A stretch of 63,914 nt of DNA, filler included, from Octopus bimaculoides (GCF_001194135.2; 4 parts of 4 records of this genome joined end to end with filler, not necessarily neighbours in it), one strand, 5' to 3'; shown: positions 1 to 14,957, counted from the first letter of the whole stretch. Translations and numbers: made by a program. Notes: a model not told the origin generated them from the sequence alone.

Positions 1-34
<34 letters not shown>

Positions 35-478
35 GTGTGTGTGTGTGTGTGTGTGCGTGTGTGTGCGTGTTTGCTTGGATATGTGTATATGTATGAGTAC
101 GTACATGCACATATATGTTGGTGTGATTATGTGCATGTGCAAATACATATTTGTGAGAGTGTGTACGTATGTAAACGTTATGAACGCAGGAGGTTACATG
201 TCTATGTATTGTGAGAATATGGCTGCGTGTATTTTTTTCTTGTATCTATTAGAGTAACTTCCCTTTTATTCAACGGTTTCTCATAGCGTCTGTCCCCATT
301 AATAGCCGACGTGAAAGCATCGTAGCTTTTCGTTTTGGCATTTGAAACTCTGAATATTATAATGACAACTTATTGATTGCCCTAAAATATACATATATAA
401 CTAATCCTACATTTACCTAATATCGATGTCTCTCATTCTTTTGTTGTCACGTTTTATTATTATCATTATTATCATTAC

Positions 479-488
<10 letters not shown>

Positions 489-568
<80 letters not shown>
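489..568. repeat. (ATT)n microsatellite
   Basis: Direct reading. Confidence 0.95.
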
Positions 569-573
<5 letters not shown>

Positions 574-1572
574 ATATGCGTGTGTGAGTGTGATAATATA
601 TAAAGATATCATTATTAGCATAAATAATAATATAAGTGGCTAGCAAGCATAGAGTAACCAAAAGGGTAAAGTTTTTAATTTATAATCAAAGTACAAGATA
701 GTACACATTTCGTCAAATGCACCAGTGCTTATATAAGTGATTTACTGTGATTCTTGGGGCGTTTGATTCCTATTTCTAGGAATGCTGTGTACTTCAAGAA
801 CATCGAGACTCTTTCGTAATGTTAACATACTGGTATTCATATAACGCAAATCTTCCAAATACATCGAACCAAACATAAAAGGAACATGCACCCTTGCACA
901 CACATTCGCACACGCACACACGCACCCCCCACACACGCACCCCCCACACACGCACCCCCCACACACATAGAGACACACACACGCGCGCACACACACTCAC
1001 ACACACACACACACACGCACTCTCTCCCCGTCTCTCTCTCACACATACACACACACANNNNNNNNNNNNNNNNNNNNNNNNNNNNNNNNNNNNNNNNNNN
1101 NNNNNNNNNNNNNNNNNNNNNNNNNNNNNNNNNNNNNNNNNNNNNNNNNNNNNNNNNNNNNNNNNNNNNNNNNNNNNNNNNNNNNNNNNNNNNNNNNNNN
1201 NNNNNNNNNNNNNNNNNNNNNNNNNNNNNNNNNNNNNNNNNNNNNNNNNNNNNNNNNNNNNNNNNNNNNNNNNNNNNNNNNNNNNNNNNNNNNNNNNNNN
1301 NNNNNNNNNNNNNNNNNNNNNNNNNNNNNNNNNNNNNNNNNNNNNNNNNNNNNNNNNNNNNNNNNNNNNNNNNNNNNNNNNNNNNNNNNNNNNNNNNNNN
1401 NNNNNNNNNNNNNNNNNNNNNNNNNNNNNNNNNNNNNNNNNNNNNNNNNNNNNNNNNNNNNNNNNNNNNNNNNNNNNNNNNNNNNNNNNNNNNNNNNNNN
1501 NNNNNNNNNNNNNNNNNNNNNNNNNNNNNNNNNNNNNNNNNNNNNNNNNNNNNNNNNNNNNNNNNNNNNNNN

Positions 1573-1609
<37 letters not shown>

Positions 1610-2169
1610 TATATGCGTGTATGTATGCACATATGTATGTATATGTATACAATCGTACGTAAGTGAAATATTGACAAATATAAGTGTGCATAAAAGTGTG
1701 CGTGTACACATATATTTATGTGTTTGTATGATGGTTTGTGTAACTTGATAGATAGATGCATATACATATACATTTATATAATTATATATCTACGTTATGT
1801 TTATTCAGCTAAATTCTCTGGACAATTTTAAAACCTCCTTTGATGAAGCTGACGTTAAGCTGGAATTATATCGCAAAACTCTTTTAACCTAAATGTGTTA
1901 ACCCATGCATATGGCATCGATATGTTGTAGACAGTATGGCGTCATACATCGAAGTAATATAAGCTGTTATCTCTTTTCTACGACAGAAAAATACATAATT
2001 ACACACACATATATACATATATTCGCTGAGGTTTCTGTTTCTCACCGCTGATTTTTCTCTCAGTTGCTTACTATAATATGCCTTCTCACACATTCTCTCT
2101 GATGCAATCTCTCAGTCTCTCATTTTCTAATATCCATCTCTTCAGTCTCTCTCTTACTCGCCCTCTCTC

Positions 2170-2199
2170 CCTACATATCTATCTATCTATCTATCTATA

Positions 2200-2246
<47 letters not shown>

Positions 2247-2250
2247 TTAT

Positions 2251-2300
<50 letters not shown>
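2170..2300. repeat. (TCTA)n microsatellite
   Basis: Direct reading. Confidence 0.95.
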
Positions 2301-2304
<4 letters not shown>

Positions 2305-2650
2305 GTCTATCTTTCTCTCTATCTGTCTCCATCGATACACATTCACATATTAATACATACATATATGTGTGTGTGTCTGTGTGTACATACATAGGCACAC
2401 NNNNNNNNNNNNNNNNNNNNNNNNNNNNNNNNNNNNNNNNNNNNNNNNNNNNNNNNNNNNNNNNNNNNNNNNNNNNNNNNNNNNNNNNNNNNNNNNNNNN
2501 NNNNNNNNNNNNNNNNNNNNNNNNNNNNNNNNNNNNNNNNNNNNNNNNNNNNNNNNNNNNNNNNNNNNNNNNNNNNNNNNNNNNNNNNNNNNNNNNNNNN
2601 NNNNNNNNNNNNNNNNNNNNNNNNNNNNNNNNNNNNNNNNNNNNNNNNNN

Positions 2651-2692
<42 letters not shown>

Positions 2693-3801
2693 CCTCTCGT
2701 CTCTCTGTGTTACTTCGTATTTTATATTCGTTCTTCTTCCCCGGCTTCTCCCTCGAACATTCAACTCCTGACCATGTATATTCAAGGTCGGTCATGAATC
2801 TTATTCTCGTGGACTAACATATTATAAAGGTGTTGTTATGTGAACTATAAAAACAGTGAAATATTGTAAAATATAAATGGAATTTTTTTTTAACATTTTG
2901 TTTGATTATATTCTTGATATTTTTTCGAATTGTAACACGTTCTTATTTCTCAGTTGTGTTAAGGATAAAACGGCTTTAACGTAGATTCGCATATGAAATA
3001 CATTGTCTCCATCAAAATTACAAAATTGCACCAAGGTCTTTACTTAGGTTGTCGGTTGTATAATAGGAGACTAAATGCAAACGATAAAAATAATATAATA
3101 TATACAATGTAGTGGGGTTCGGCAATTCAGAATAGAAATTGGGTCCAAACTATGATCACAACGCCGAGGATAAAACTGCGTTTCCCCCCTTTTTTTTGTC
3201 TCTTAGAGTTTGCCTTTATTAATATTATATACGTTATCGAATTTCATTATTAATTATATCACTTACTATTGAAACATCATGTTTTCATCAACTTACGTTT
3301 CAAAATGATAATTAAATCATGAAATACAATACGTATTTCCGTGGACATATATTAATATACGTATATATGTAAAATAACACAAATGTCAATATTAGTAATT
3401 GTTTAACTATGCTTTAAGTCCTTCAACTAAAACATTGGTTAGAATGGGCAATGGAACAATTATTCCAACATACAGAAAATAAAATCAAGCGCTAAGAATA
3501 AATAGGACAATATCGACCATTGACGTACACAATGTTACTTTTGGCTATACTTCTCATAGTAATGCTCATAACAGTAAAACAATGACTTTGTGCTTCAGAC
3601 TATCACATGATCTAAGTAGGAGAATCGCACGAAGTAGAACTGTTTCAACGTTATAAAATATGCATTTTTCTCTCACATAACAATGTTTTTTAATCAAGAC
3701 TTTTCGAAGACAGCTGTTGGTGTTTGGATTAAATCATCGTAGAGATCACACAACAAATATTTCTCAACATACAACATGATACCGCTGAGACACGTGCAGT
3801 A

Positions 3802-3975
3802 GGACATAATGCTTTGCGGCATTTCGTCTGTTTCTACGTTCTGTGTTCAAATTCCTTTGGGGTTGATTTTTCACTTCATCCTTTTGATAAAATAAGGACA
3901 AGTTTAAAACTAGGGTCGATACAATCGTCTTTACCAGTTTCATGAAATTGCTGGCCTGGTATCAAAATTTGAAAC
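3802..3975 (+). mobile_element. SINE family C (diverged)
   Basis: ATGCTTTGCGGCATTTCGTC...GTTCAAATTCC...TTCATCCTTTTGATAAAATAAG. Confidence 0.6.
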
Positions 3976-5842
3976 ATCCATTATACCCAAAATTTACATT
4001 ATTTACATTTGATGGATATTTGTCCTCGTCTTGTTCGTTGTTAACACAGCGTGTCGGCTGATATACCCTATGTCAAATGTAAATAATATCAATAATGTAC
4101 ATAATTCCTCATCTCTTAAATATAGAACTCCATTATACCATTGAGTAAATCATCAATTCCTGACAACGTTTTAGAGCAATAGCTGCTACCGGAGAAGTGC
4201 GCTTTGTTTTTTTTTGGTAATTTAATGTTAATTTGATGCTCATAATCATTGGTAGCGGTCTCAATGTAGCATCCTTTGAAATTTGATGATGTAGGCTCCC
4301 ATGTCACATACCTCACTGCATCTCTTTTGTTTTCTCTTAGAACAAAAATTAAATTCCAAGTAGCTGTTTATGAATGGAAACACCAACGAATCATTTGGTG
4401 TTTACACAATAAATAATATGTGTCAGCGTAACCCTATGGGCATTAAGTTGACGATTGAGTAGGCCAACATCACTATTAATTGCAAGACACATGCTTAAGA
4501 CATGACTATTATATTTGATAATGATTCGTGGTCAGCTTCATTGAGTAAGGTATCGAAGTTGTCCAAAGTGTTGTCACGCACCGGTAAGGTATTAAGTATT
4601 GTTTTAGGGATTTCAGTCAGGAATCAGGGCAATTTCATTAAAAATTCTGTACCGGAAATCATATATAATCATGTTTTCTTTGATTTTGGCTTGTATATCT
4701 AATAAAATAATTGCACGTAAGATTGCTATTTCCTTTCGTGAAATTTCATTCACTATGATTGAGATAATTAATTTTACAAATATTCGTTTAAATGTTATTA
4801 ATGAACCGTTTCGACTGATGACATGCGCTGCTCGCGATCTTTTCCGCATAAATGATCATCGATCAAGTTTCTATGCGTTATGAAAAGTGTTGAATTGTCT
4901 CCCTTACTCGACTGAAAAGCGTAAATTCCATAAAGTCAGGAAGAGTAGAGTCCGTGAGAAAACCTGTTTAATAGAACTGTAGTTTGAAGTTTGGTACTTG
5001 GCTCTTATCGCTCTGTGTCATTCAAATTCAAACTGATGTATAGAGATATCAGTCATTTACCTGTTAATTTGGCCAACATACTTTTCATTGAACACCTAGC
5101 GATTTGCATTGAAACCAAAGGTGGATCCTTGATATAATATCTTCTGCAATGGTGCGAAGTAAATAGTAAATAACTATGTAACTTGCTATTCACTTCCTGT
5201 TCTCTAGATAACCCATTGTTTATCAATTTTACCTTTATTTCCTCTATGTTTCTACTGACTGACTGGAGGACACCGAGATAAAAAAAAAAAAAATTATATG
5301 CAGTAAAGATGTACAGTTCACCTCTTTAGATCAACAATACAAAAGGGATGGACAATTAACTGTTTACTCTCAGAATTGATCCTAATATTTCTCTGAAAAT
5401 AAACTCCCGCTAAGGAAACAGTAGCAATGTATTAAACCTTTTGTCATTACTCTGTTGCTTCTCGCGTAGAATTGTTATGTATCTTTGTGTATTCCACATT
5501 TTGTAAATGGAATGATATTTGAGATGATGTGGAATAAAATATGGTTTCATAAAAATGTGAAACAATTAGAAATCAATATTTAGCTGTAAGATATAAAGCA
5601 ACACTATCTACTGCCGAAGGCCGAATTTATCAATGTGTAAATTCAATAAAATGCAATCCGTAATTATAATTCTAACACCCCTTAATAAATGGAGTGAATT
5701 TAAAAGTGAAAAGAAAAGTAGGCTTGACACATGCATGTGTATGGGTGGGTGTGTATGTGTATGTGTGTGCGTGCATGCATTTGTGTATACGTGTCTGTGA
5801 GAGTATGTGTATGTATACATACACACATTCACACACACACAC

Positions 5843-5888
<46 letters not shown>

Positions 5889-7057
5889 GTAGATATATGC
5901 ATAAAGAGACGGTTAGTGAGAGAGAGACAGAGACAGAGGGAGAGACTGAGAAAGAGAGAATACGAGAAACTCTTATACAAGGATGCGAATGGATGTGTAT
6001 AGGTTAATACGTATGTAAATATATTTACATTTGTATTCGCACATACATTTCGGCATTTGCGTGTATGAATATGTCAGTTCGTTCATCTGTGTGCATCTTC
6101 GTGCGCATTCTATTTAATTCGACGTTCGATATATGTGGCACCTAAATAGAAACTCATGAGAGAATTTAGTGATTTTGTGAGTGATATGCTTGAGATCGAA
6201 TCACCTCATACGTGAAAATAAATGAAGGAATGAATGAATGAATGAATTTATTTTTAACATAAATGTGCTGTAGGTTCTTATCAGAATTCTTAGAACTTTT
6301 ATATACTTTTCTTTGCGTTTTGTTAGTAGCTTATTTTAGCAGCTAATTCGGTAGCTCACTTGTTCATTTTTCTACATTTCGATCGATAATGCAACTAACA
6401 ACTATTTCTTGATTTGTTGACGTTTATCGTAATAACTTTGACAAGTGTAGTGAGATCTTTCTGTTTAAGAACGACTTGCTTGCACGCACAGTTTTAATAT
6501 AATCAAAATCCTAAGCACTGTAGCAAACAAGACTCACATTATCTGATGTGAAACAAATCTGTCTGAATGGATCAGTTTCATATTTCAACACATGCTTTGT
6601 ATAGTTTGTGCAGTGTATTTCGAAAATACCATTCTGTTTTGATGTTATATTATGTAATAAAGATGAAATGAATTAAAACCGAATACTGATCAATATTGTG
6701 TCTAAATATTTATTTTATTTTCAAATGGTGGCTATTTGCTGACAGCACGAAAAACATTTGTATTTCAAGGAAAGATGGAATTATTGGCAAGAATATTTCC
6801 AACAGTATTAGCAGAATAGTTCATGTGGAATAGTTCCAATCAGAGATTGCGGTTGCATTGTAGCCATGTGATGCCAGGAGATTTCCTCTCGATGGGCAGC
6901 AGTCCCGATACTTTTCACCACAGGGAGAGATGAGTGAATGAATGTAATTTTACGTGGTCACATGAGCTGTAAGAAACGCCAGTCGTCACATTCAAATCAG
7001 AGCAGTTTCTCTGAAAACAGGACCCATTCAGCTGTATAGTTCTAGATTTAATTGTTG

Positions 7058-7432
7058 TTAGCACTCCGTCGCTTACAACGTCGAGGGTTCCAGTTTATCC
7101 GATCAACGGAACATCCTGTTCGTGAAATTAACGTGCAAGTGGCTGAGCACTCCACAGACACGTGTAGCCTTAACGTAGTTCTCGGGGATATTCAGCGTGA
7201 CACAGTGTGAGAAGGCTGACCCTTTGAATTAAAGGCACAACAGAAACAGTAAGTAAGAGAGAAAGCTGTGGTGAAAGAGTACAGCAGGCTTCGCCTCCAT
7301 CCCCTGCCGGAGCCTCGTGGAACTTGAGGTGTTTTCGCTCAATAAACACTCACAACGCCCGGTCTGGGAATCGAAACCCCGATCCTATGACTGCGTATCC
7401 GCTGCCCTAACCACTGGGCCATTGCGCCTCTA
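7058..7432 (-). mobile_element. SINE family A, full-length
   Basis: Reverse complement aligns along its length with 46618-47000. Confidence 0.9.
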
Positions 7433-8074
7433 CTCTACATTAAATATACAGTGATAAAAAACAAACAAACACATGTTGGCCACGTGTTATGCATCGTGTA
7501 ATGTGTTAACTTGAATTAATCAATAATAATACTTTAATTATAAAAATGTATCTAATGTTGCCGGAAATGTTCATGCAATCTTTGGGTCCTGATAAAGCAA
7601 AACCTCGAAAGGAAAATCCTCTATTACAGGCAAAGTATATAAGGACTACGTTATTTAATGTATACTTCTTGTATATATATGCAATAAGGTTTAGTTTGAC
7701 GGCATTTGCAGCTACTTCTAGCAAGTGGAGTTACAACAGAGACAGCAATTTATCGTTTGTTAATCTGGAGGATTTTATTCAAGATGCATTTGTGAAACGT
7801 GCAGGAAGTAAAGGAATATGTGTTGCTCCTCAGAGAATAAAACACATGCTAAAATGTCTGTCCGCTTGAAGTGTATAACTGTGAGAATATGTTTCCGCAT
7901 TGATGTAATAGATAGTTATTCTTTCAGTTTGACAACTGCATTCAGTAAACTTGCACACACACATACACACATACACATTAAATAAAAATAATGATGATAA
8001 TAATAATAATAATCATGGTTTTTATATTTTGGCAGAGGATCAACAAATACGGGGTATGCAGTAAGTTGGTTACA

Positions 8075-8243
8075 TCCACCCCAGTGTTCAACTGGCACTT
8101 ATTTTATCGGCCCGGGGAGTCGACCTGAGTAGAATTTGATCCCAGGATGTAAAACTGGACAAAATTCCAGAAAGGATTTTGTCTGGCGTGCTAACGATTC
8201 CGCCAGTAATCCGCCTTACTTCTACTACTACTACTACTACTAC

Positions 8244-8301
<58 letters not shown>

Positions 8302-8539
8302 AATAATGATAATAATAATAATAATAATAATGGTTTCAAATTTTTCCACAGGGGTAGTGATTTTGGGGGAGGAGTTAAGTTGATTACATCGACTCCAGTG
8401 TTTAACTGGTATTTATTTTATCGACGCCGAAAGGATGAGAGGCAAAATCGAACTTGGTGACATTTCAACCCAGAACGTAAAGATGGACGAAATACCGCTA
8501 AGCATTTCGCTCGGAGTGCTAACGATTCCGCTAGCTTTC

Positions 8540-8540
<1 letters not shown>
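8075..8540 (-). mobile_element. Two tandem SINE family C copies separated by an (ACT)n/(AAT)n tract
   Basis: 8075-8222 and 8330-8540 both match 47755-47972. Confidence 0.75.
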
Positions 8541-8587
<47 letters not shown>

Positions 8588-8935
8588 TTTTTGTCCTGTT
8601 GGCAGAAGGCTTGACATATTTGATTTGGGTGGTGTGGCCCTGGGAGCGTTCAGAGATTACATCTATGCTACTGTTCAGGTAGATAGACCCAGGCAGGATG
8701 AACGGCAATGTCGACCACGGCGTATTAGAACTCAGAACCTAACGAGAGACAAAATGTCGCTAAGCACATGCTGGTAAGTAAATCTTTCCTCAAATCTCTC
8801 CACATCACGTTCGATTTCCGTTTTGATTTGTCGAATTATATGTGTGTGGGTATGAATGTATGTGCATATCTGTGTATGCGTATGTGTGTTTTCTTCTCTC
8901 GTTCACTCCTTGTCTATCTGTCCCTCTTCACCCCC

Positions 8936-8988
<53 letters not shown>

Positions 8989-9134
8989 CACATACATATA
9001 CACACACATGTGTCGGGAGTTACATGCAAGTATTCATATATGCATACATATATGAATATATATATATATATATNNNNNNNNNNNNNNNNNNNNNNNNNNN
9101 NNNNNNNNNNNNNNNNNNNNNNNNNNNNNNNNTG

Positions 9135-9187
<53 letters not shown>

Positions 9188-9500
9188 AAGTACGTATTAT
9201 ACATATATGCTATTATGAATATGAGTATGTATATAAGTTAAAGAAATGCTATTTCTTGCACTGTTAGCCATATTTGTTCTTGCTATTTTGTTCACTCTTC
9301 CCTTCGTCTTTTCTGTTTTGCTGTGCTTCCATGTACATAATTCTCGGACCGTTTATTCATACTAATTATTCATACTAATTTAGTCCTGGATTCACGCTTG
9401 CCTTCCACAAACCTTCTCACCCTATGTCTATCAATCTCTGTATTGCATCTCACTCACGCACACTCTCTCTCCATACATGTATATGCATATGTATATGCAT

Positions 9501-9534
<34 letters not shown>

Positions 9535-10027
9535 ATNNNNNNNNNNNNNNNNNNNNNNNNNNNNNNNNNNNNNNNNNNNNNNNNNNNNNNNNNNNNNNNN
9601 NNNNNNNNNNNNNNNNNNNNNNNNNNNNNNNNNNNNNNNNNNNNNNNNNNNNNNNNNNNNNNNNNNNNNNNNNNNNNNNNNNNNNNNNNNNNNNNNNNNN
9701 NNNNNNNNNNNNNNNNNNNNNNNNNNNNNNNNNNNNNNNNNNNNNNNNNNNNNNNNNNNNNNNNNNNNNNNNNNNNNNNNNNNNNNNNNNNNNNNNNNNN
9801 NNNNNNNNNNNNNNNNNNNNNNNNNNNNNNNNNNNNNNNNNNNNNNNNNNNNNNNNNNNNNNNNNNNNNNNNNNNNNNNNNNNNNNNNNNNNNNNNNNNN
9901 NNNNNNNNNNNNNNNNNNNNNNNNNNNNNNNNNNNNACGAATCGGTTCTCCTTTTCTTTTCCCTTGTTTCTTCTCTCTCGCTCTTTCTCTCAATTTCTAT
10001 CTCCTTAAGATAGTTTCTAGATTTTCC

Positions 10028-10688
10028 GAATGCCAAATGAAACTATAATTTCCAATTGAGTGCCACCGATTTAGATCTTTCGAATTTAGCCAATGCTTCA
10101 TTTCCTCGGGAAGAGTCATTGGAAAATATGAAAGCTTGTTTTCGAAGACGCACCATCCCCACATGCTCGCACGTTGTAGGCTTCACTGAACCATTTGCAA
10201 AATGCAGGACTTCAATTTGAGAGAAAGCAAAAAAAAACTACAACTACAGTTCTACAGGGTGGGTAAGATGACTGTAGTCAAAATATATGCCTATCACATT
10301 TTTTTAGGCGATGGGCACAAGTTGTAAAATATAGAAATATTAATTAGTCGTCTCAGTCTGCCATACTACATATGCATGGATTTGTTTGTACGCGTGCGCT
10401 TTTGCGCGCGCATATATATTTATATCTGTATATGTGTGTTGATGTACATATGCAACGTGATAGTGTATATGTTTATATGTCTGTATATTTGTATCGGTAT
10501 ATATTTGCAATGGATGTGTATATGTTCGTGCTAACATCAAAGCGTATGGTTACGGTGATGAAGCTATGTTAAGGACAACATCTTTCATATTTTCTAATGA
10601 CTCTTCGTGAGGAAATGAAGCGTTGGTTAAATTCGAAAGATGTGATTCGGTGTCACTCAATTGGAAACGATAGATTTGTTTGACATTC
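10028..10688. repeat. Inverted repeat pair, ~107-bp arms (10028-10134 and 10582-10688)
   Basis: Manual alignment gives about 15 mismatches and no indels (about 86% identity); spacer about 450 bp. Confidence 0.85.
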
Positions 10689-11054
10689 AAGATTTGAAAT
10701 GATAGTTTACTTTTTAACTTTTAGGAAAAATATTATAACTGCTCACTGTTTCAAGTTTATATCTTCTGTTTAGAAAAAGAGTTTCTTATGATTTTTTTCT
10801 TTAAGTTTTATAGTTACATATTTAAAGCCATGCACAAACTAAGATTGGTATTTCGAAGTTGGTGGAATTTGTGATCAATATTAAATACAACATAAAACTA
10901 TTACGAGGAGTGCCAGAAGATGGATTTCGTTCAGAGGTACATGGTCATCCAAGAGTGAGTATAAGTATATTTCTTCGATTAAAGGATATTACTGGTATAT
11001 ATTGAGCAATTACGTAGAAAGAAAAGGGAAACGATAGCAATATATATATTATCA

Positions 11055-11312
11055 TTCTTTTTATCGTTTACTTGTTTCAGTCATTTAGGCTGTGGGCATG
11101 CTGGGGCAACGCCTTGAAGAATTTTAGTCAAAAGCTTCGACCCTAATATTCATATTTTTTTAAAAACCTGGTACTCATTCTAATGGCCTCTCGTGCCGAA
11201 TCGCTAGGTTAGGGAGACGTTAGCACACCAACATCGGTTGTGAAGTGGTAGTGGGGGAAAAATACAGGCACAAATGTACACACGCACCCACGAATACACA
11301 CACACATACGCA

Positions 11313-11357
<45 letters not shown>

Positions 11358-11505
11358 ATGTATACGACGAGATTATTTCTGCTTTCCGTCTACCAAATCC
11401 ACGCACAAGGCTTTGGTTGGCCTTAGTTTGCACCTGAAGAGACTTGCTCAAGGTACCATGTTGTTGGGAAGCAAACGTCTTACCATAGAGCCTCGCCCGC
11501 GCCTA
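11055..11505 (-). mobile_element. SINE family B (diverged)
   Basis: Same tail, central (CA)n tract and partial head. Confidence 0.75.
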
Positions 11506-13474
11506 TTTTTGTATATTACCTTCACTCAAACCTATCTTCAGTACAGATTAATATATTATTTTATCGAATAGTGAATGACAAACACCAAACTGGTTTCCGT
11601 TAATGTGTAAATCGGAAACGTAAAGAAGGGTGCCACAAATGCCACAGTTTGATTTATTGTCCATTCTAGAACTTATTGTCGAGCCATAAAGGCATTTTAC
11701 TTTAGCAGCGAGATGCATGAGCTTCGCAATATTTTTATAACGTTATGCTCATGATTAAATGGGACATTAACTTTTGCTCTACGGATGTTGTAGCATATAA
11801 TGTTTGAAATATCATTGTCTCGTTATTATTCCGAAGTGAACATCAAATCTATTTCCTTTTCTTTTTTTTTTCTTTTTTAAAAAAAAGAAAGATATTTCTT
11901 CGACAGTAACAATCGTGAACCTCACGTAAAGTCCACATGATTATATGAAGCAGAATCCGTCAACTTATAAGATGTCATCTAAATACAACCTCTTTATAAC
12001 AAACCAAATCAAATGCCAGATATTACTGCAACGGTCGATAATATTTAATGTCCTGTTGAACTTTTACTGTTTATTGATGAAAAGGTCACACCACTTGACT
12101 ATATCAAGACAGAATTTTCCTTCTTTCTCTTTTCTCTTGTCTCTCCTTTTCTACTCAGGACTGAATTCACTATTCCAAATGCTTCACAGTAACACTGGCT
12201 GGGCTATTGTTTTTATTAACTTTTTTTTTTATTAAAGCATTAGATTCTTATAATTTCTCTGCAAAACAAGTTCTTTTTTCTTCACGGCAGTGGTGGTATG
12301 CTCTCCATAAGTTGGACAAGTGGGTCTCAACTAAGGACTTGAATTGTCTAAAATAATGCATTTTGTATTATTTGAAGGATTCCCCCTCTAAATAGATTAA
12401 CTCCGGATTCCAGTTCAAATAATTCATTGTTCCCAATTTCATAATCTGTTTAGAGTCCATAAATAAGCAACAGATTTCCAGGTACGGAATTGAAAGACAG
12501 ATGTTATTTAATATTTTCAATCACCTGAAAGAGGATATTCGAAATATAATGGTATAAAGAATTAAAATATACTTAGCCACCATATTTAACACACTTGCCG
12601 TAGTTAAGCTGGGAGTAGCCGTGGTTATTGCGTATATAGTTAATTTGACAGAAGCTCTAGGTCTCATTGCCTTATCTTTATGTTTGTAATGGATTCCAAA
12701 TCCAAATCCCGCTGTGTTAGATTTTGACATTCATAACTTTGTTGTCCATTCAATAAATAACAGTTAAATATAACATTATTAAACCAATCCGCTATATCAT
12801 TCCACCCCAAACATGATTATACTAGTACATAAAATATATCAATCTCTTTAGTAGCAAATTTTCTGAAAACGAAAGCAAGGGGTATGCGTTTGACATTCTG
12901 AATACTCGAGCTAATTTCGTTGCTTTATTGAAGTTAATTTGATTCAAAATGAACTACTAATGACATTAAGAGAAACGTAAAAATATAAGGATGTCACTTA
13001 TTCCTTTGTGCCGAATAAATAAGCTTCTCCTTCTTAGTATTCTATTCTACTGGGGTTACATGCAACTTTCATCGCAGCGCGATTGCAAGAATAGTCTATA
13101 GTGTAACCTATTGTAAATATGTGTTTCTGTCTAGATTGTAAATAATTATATCTTCCGTAAATCAGATCGCACGAAGGGAACACAAGTTTAAGAAATTTGT
13201 CGAAGATATTTACTAAAATGTTCGCTTATCGATTTAGATCTATCCATGTTTATATCATGCATTCAATGATGCTACCATTAAATTTATTCTCCCTCGGAAA
13301 TAAACACACACGTTTGTGTGTGTGTATGTGTTTGTGTGAATGTGCATAACTGTAGGCTTATATTTGTAATTAGATAGTTAAACATAAGTTAAATGGTGAT
13401 AATCGTATGAGAGTATACCATGTAAGTATATGTATATAAGTTTCTTCTGTGTACTCACACATATACACCAACCA

Positions 13475-13511
<37 letters not shown>

Positions 13512-13613
13512 ATACAGATATGCACATATATATGTGTATGTATATACGAATGTATGTATATTTGTGGTCGATGTTTTCTACGTATGTATTATTATATAAG
13601 GGTGCACATCTTT

Positions 13614-13681
<68 letters not shown>

Positions 13682-14381
13682 GTGTGTGTGCGCGTGTGTA
13701 TATATATGCATGCATATATATTTATGTGTATTTATATATATAGATATATGTTTATATCTATATATATGTTTATGTATATATATCTGTTTATANNNNNNNN
13801 NNNNNNNNNNNNNNNNNNNNNNNNNNNNNNNNNNNNNNNNNNNNNNNNNNNNNNNNNNNNNNNNNNNNNNNNNNNNNNNNNNNNNNNNNNNNNNNNNNNN
13901 NNNNNNNNNNNNNNNNNNNNNNNNNNNNNNNNNNNNNNNNNNNNNNNNNNNNNNNNNNNNNNNNNNNNNNNNNNNNNNNNNNNNNNNNNNNNNNNNNNNN
14001 NNNNNNNNNNNNNNNNNNNNNNNNNNNNNNNNNNNNNNNNNNNNNNNNNNNNNNNNNNNNNNNNNNNNNNNNNNNNNNNNNNNNNNNNNNNNNNNNNNNN
14101 NNNNNNNNNNNNNNNNNNNNNNNNNNNNNNNNNNNNNNNNNNNNNNNNNNNNNNNNNNNCACACACACACACACACACACACGAAAAACACGTATCCACA
14201 CACACACATAACACATACACACATACACACACAAAAGTGCATGCACGCAGACGTACCCATATATACATACGCTCATTACCACAGGTACACATACTCATAG
14301 AACTATGAAATCTTCATAAACGATCTCTCTGTATCTCACTATCTTTCACTCTCTCTCTCTCTCTCTTCCTCTCTCTCTCTA

Positions 14382-14418
<37 letters not shown>

Positions 14419-14957
14419 GTTGCTCTCATTTTTTCTTCCTCTACACTTAGCTATTCAATCATTATGAAGTAATTATTTGCTTTGATTTATCATTCAACAT
14501 AACACTTTGAAAGAGAAATGCATGCTGTCATAGATAAATGGATAATTTCTTTAGTACTCTCCAAAATGTTTCTTGCTAAATCTATTTAAGGCTGCGTGAG
14601 TTTCCTGTCTCATCAACTTATAAACATTGATTGATTCATTTGCGTAAACGTTTCCAAATCTTGTTACAATAAAGTGACGAAGAAAAATAAATATTTCTTT
14701 AAGTAAAGCCTTCAATTTAACCAACATCCTATATTAGAGAAGAGAAGTGATATATCTATCGCCGCCGCTATGTACTTCCATTTACATACCTACAAACTTG
14801 CATACATACATAGATAATAAATACATACATACATGCAAACAGACAGACATACAGACAGACAGACAAACATACATACATACATACATTCGTACACAGAAAC
14901 ATGTATGCATGCATACATACATACATATATACATACATACATACACAAATACCCGGT

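Noticed and set aside
4330-4620. LGR/GRL101-type GPCR or Cys-loop receptor exon
   Set aside because: Only loose motif resemblance (FPF, LTEIP), wrong spacing and several stops.
12521-12730. Signal-peptide-like first exon (MVAKYILILYTIIFRISSF)
   Set aside because: The hydrophobic stretch is better explained as a polypyrimidine tract before a TTTCAG acceptor.
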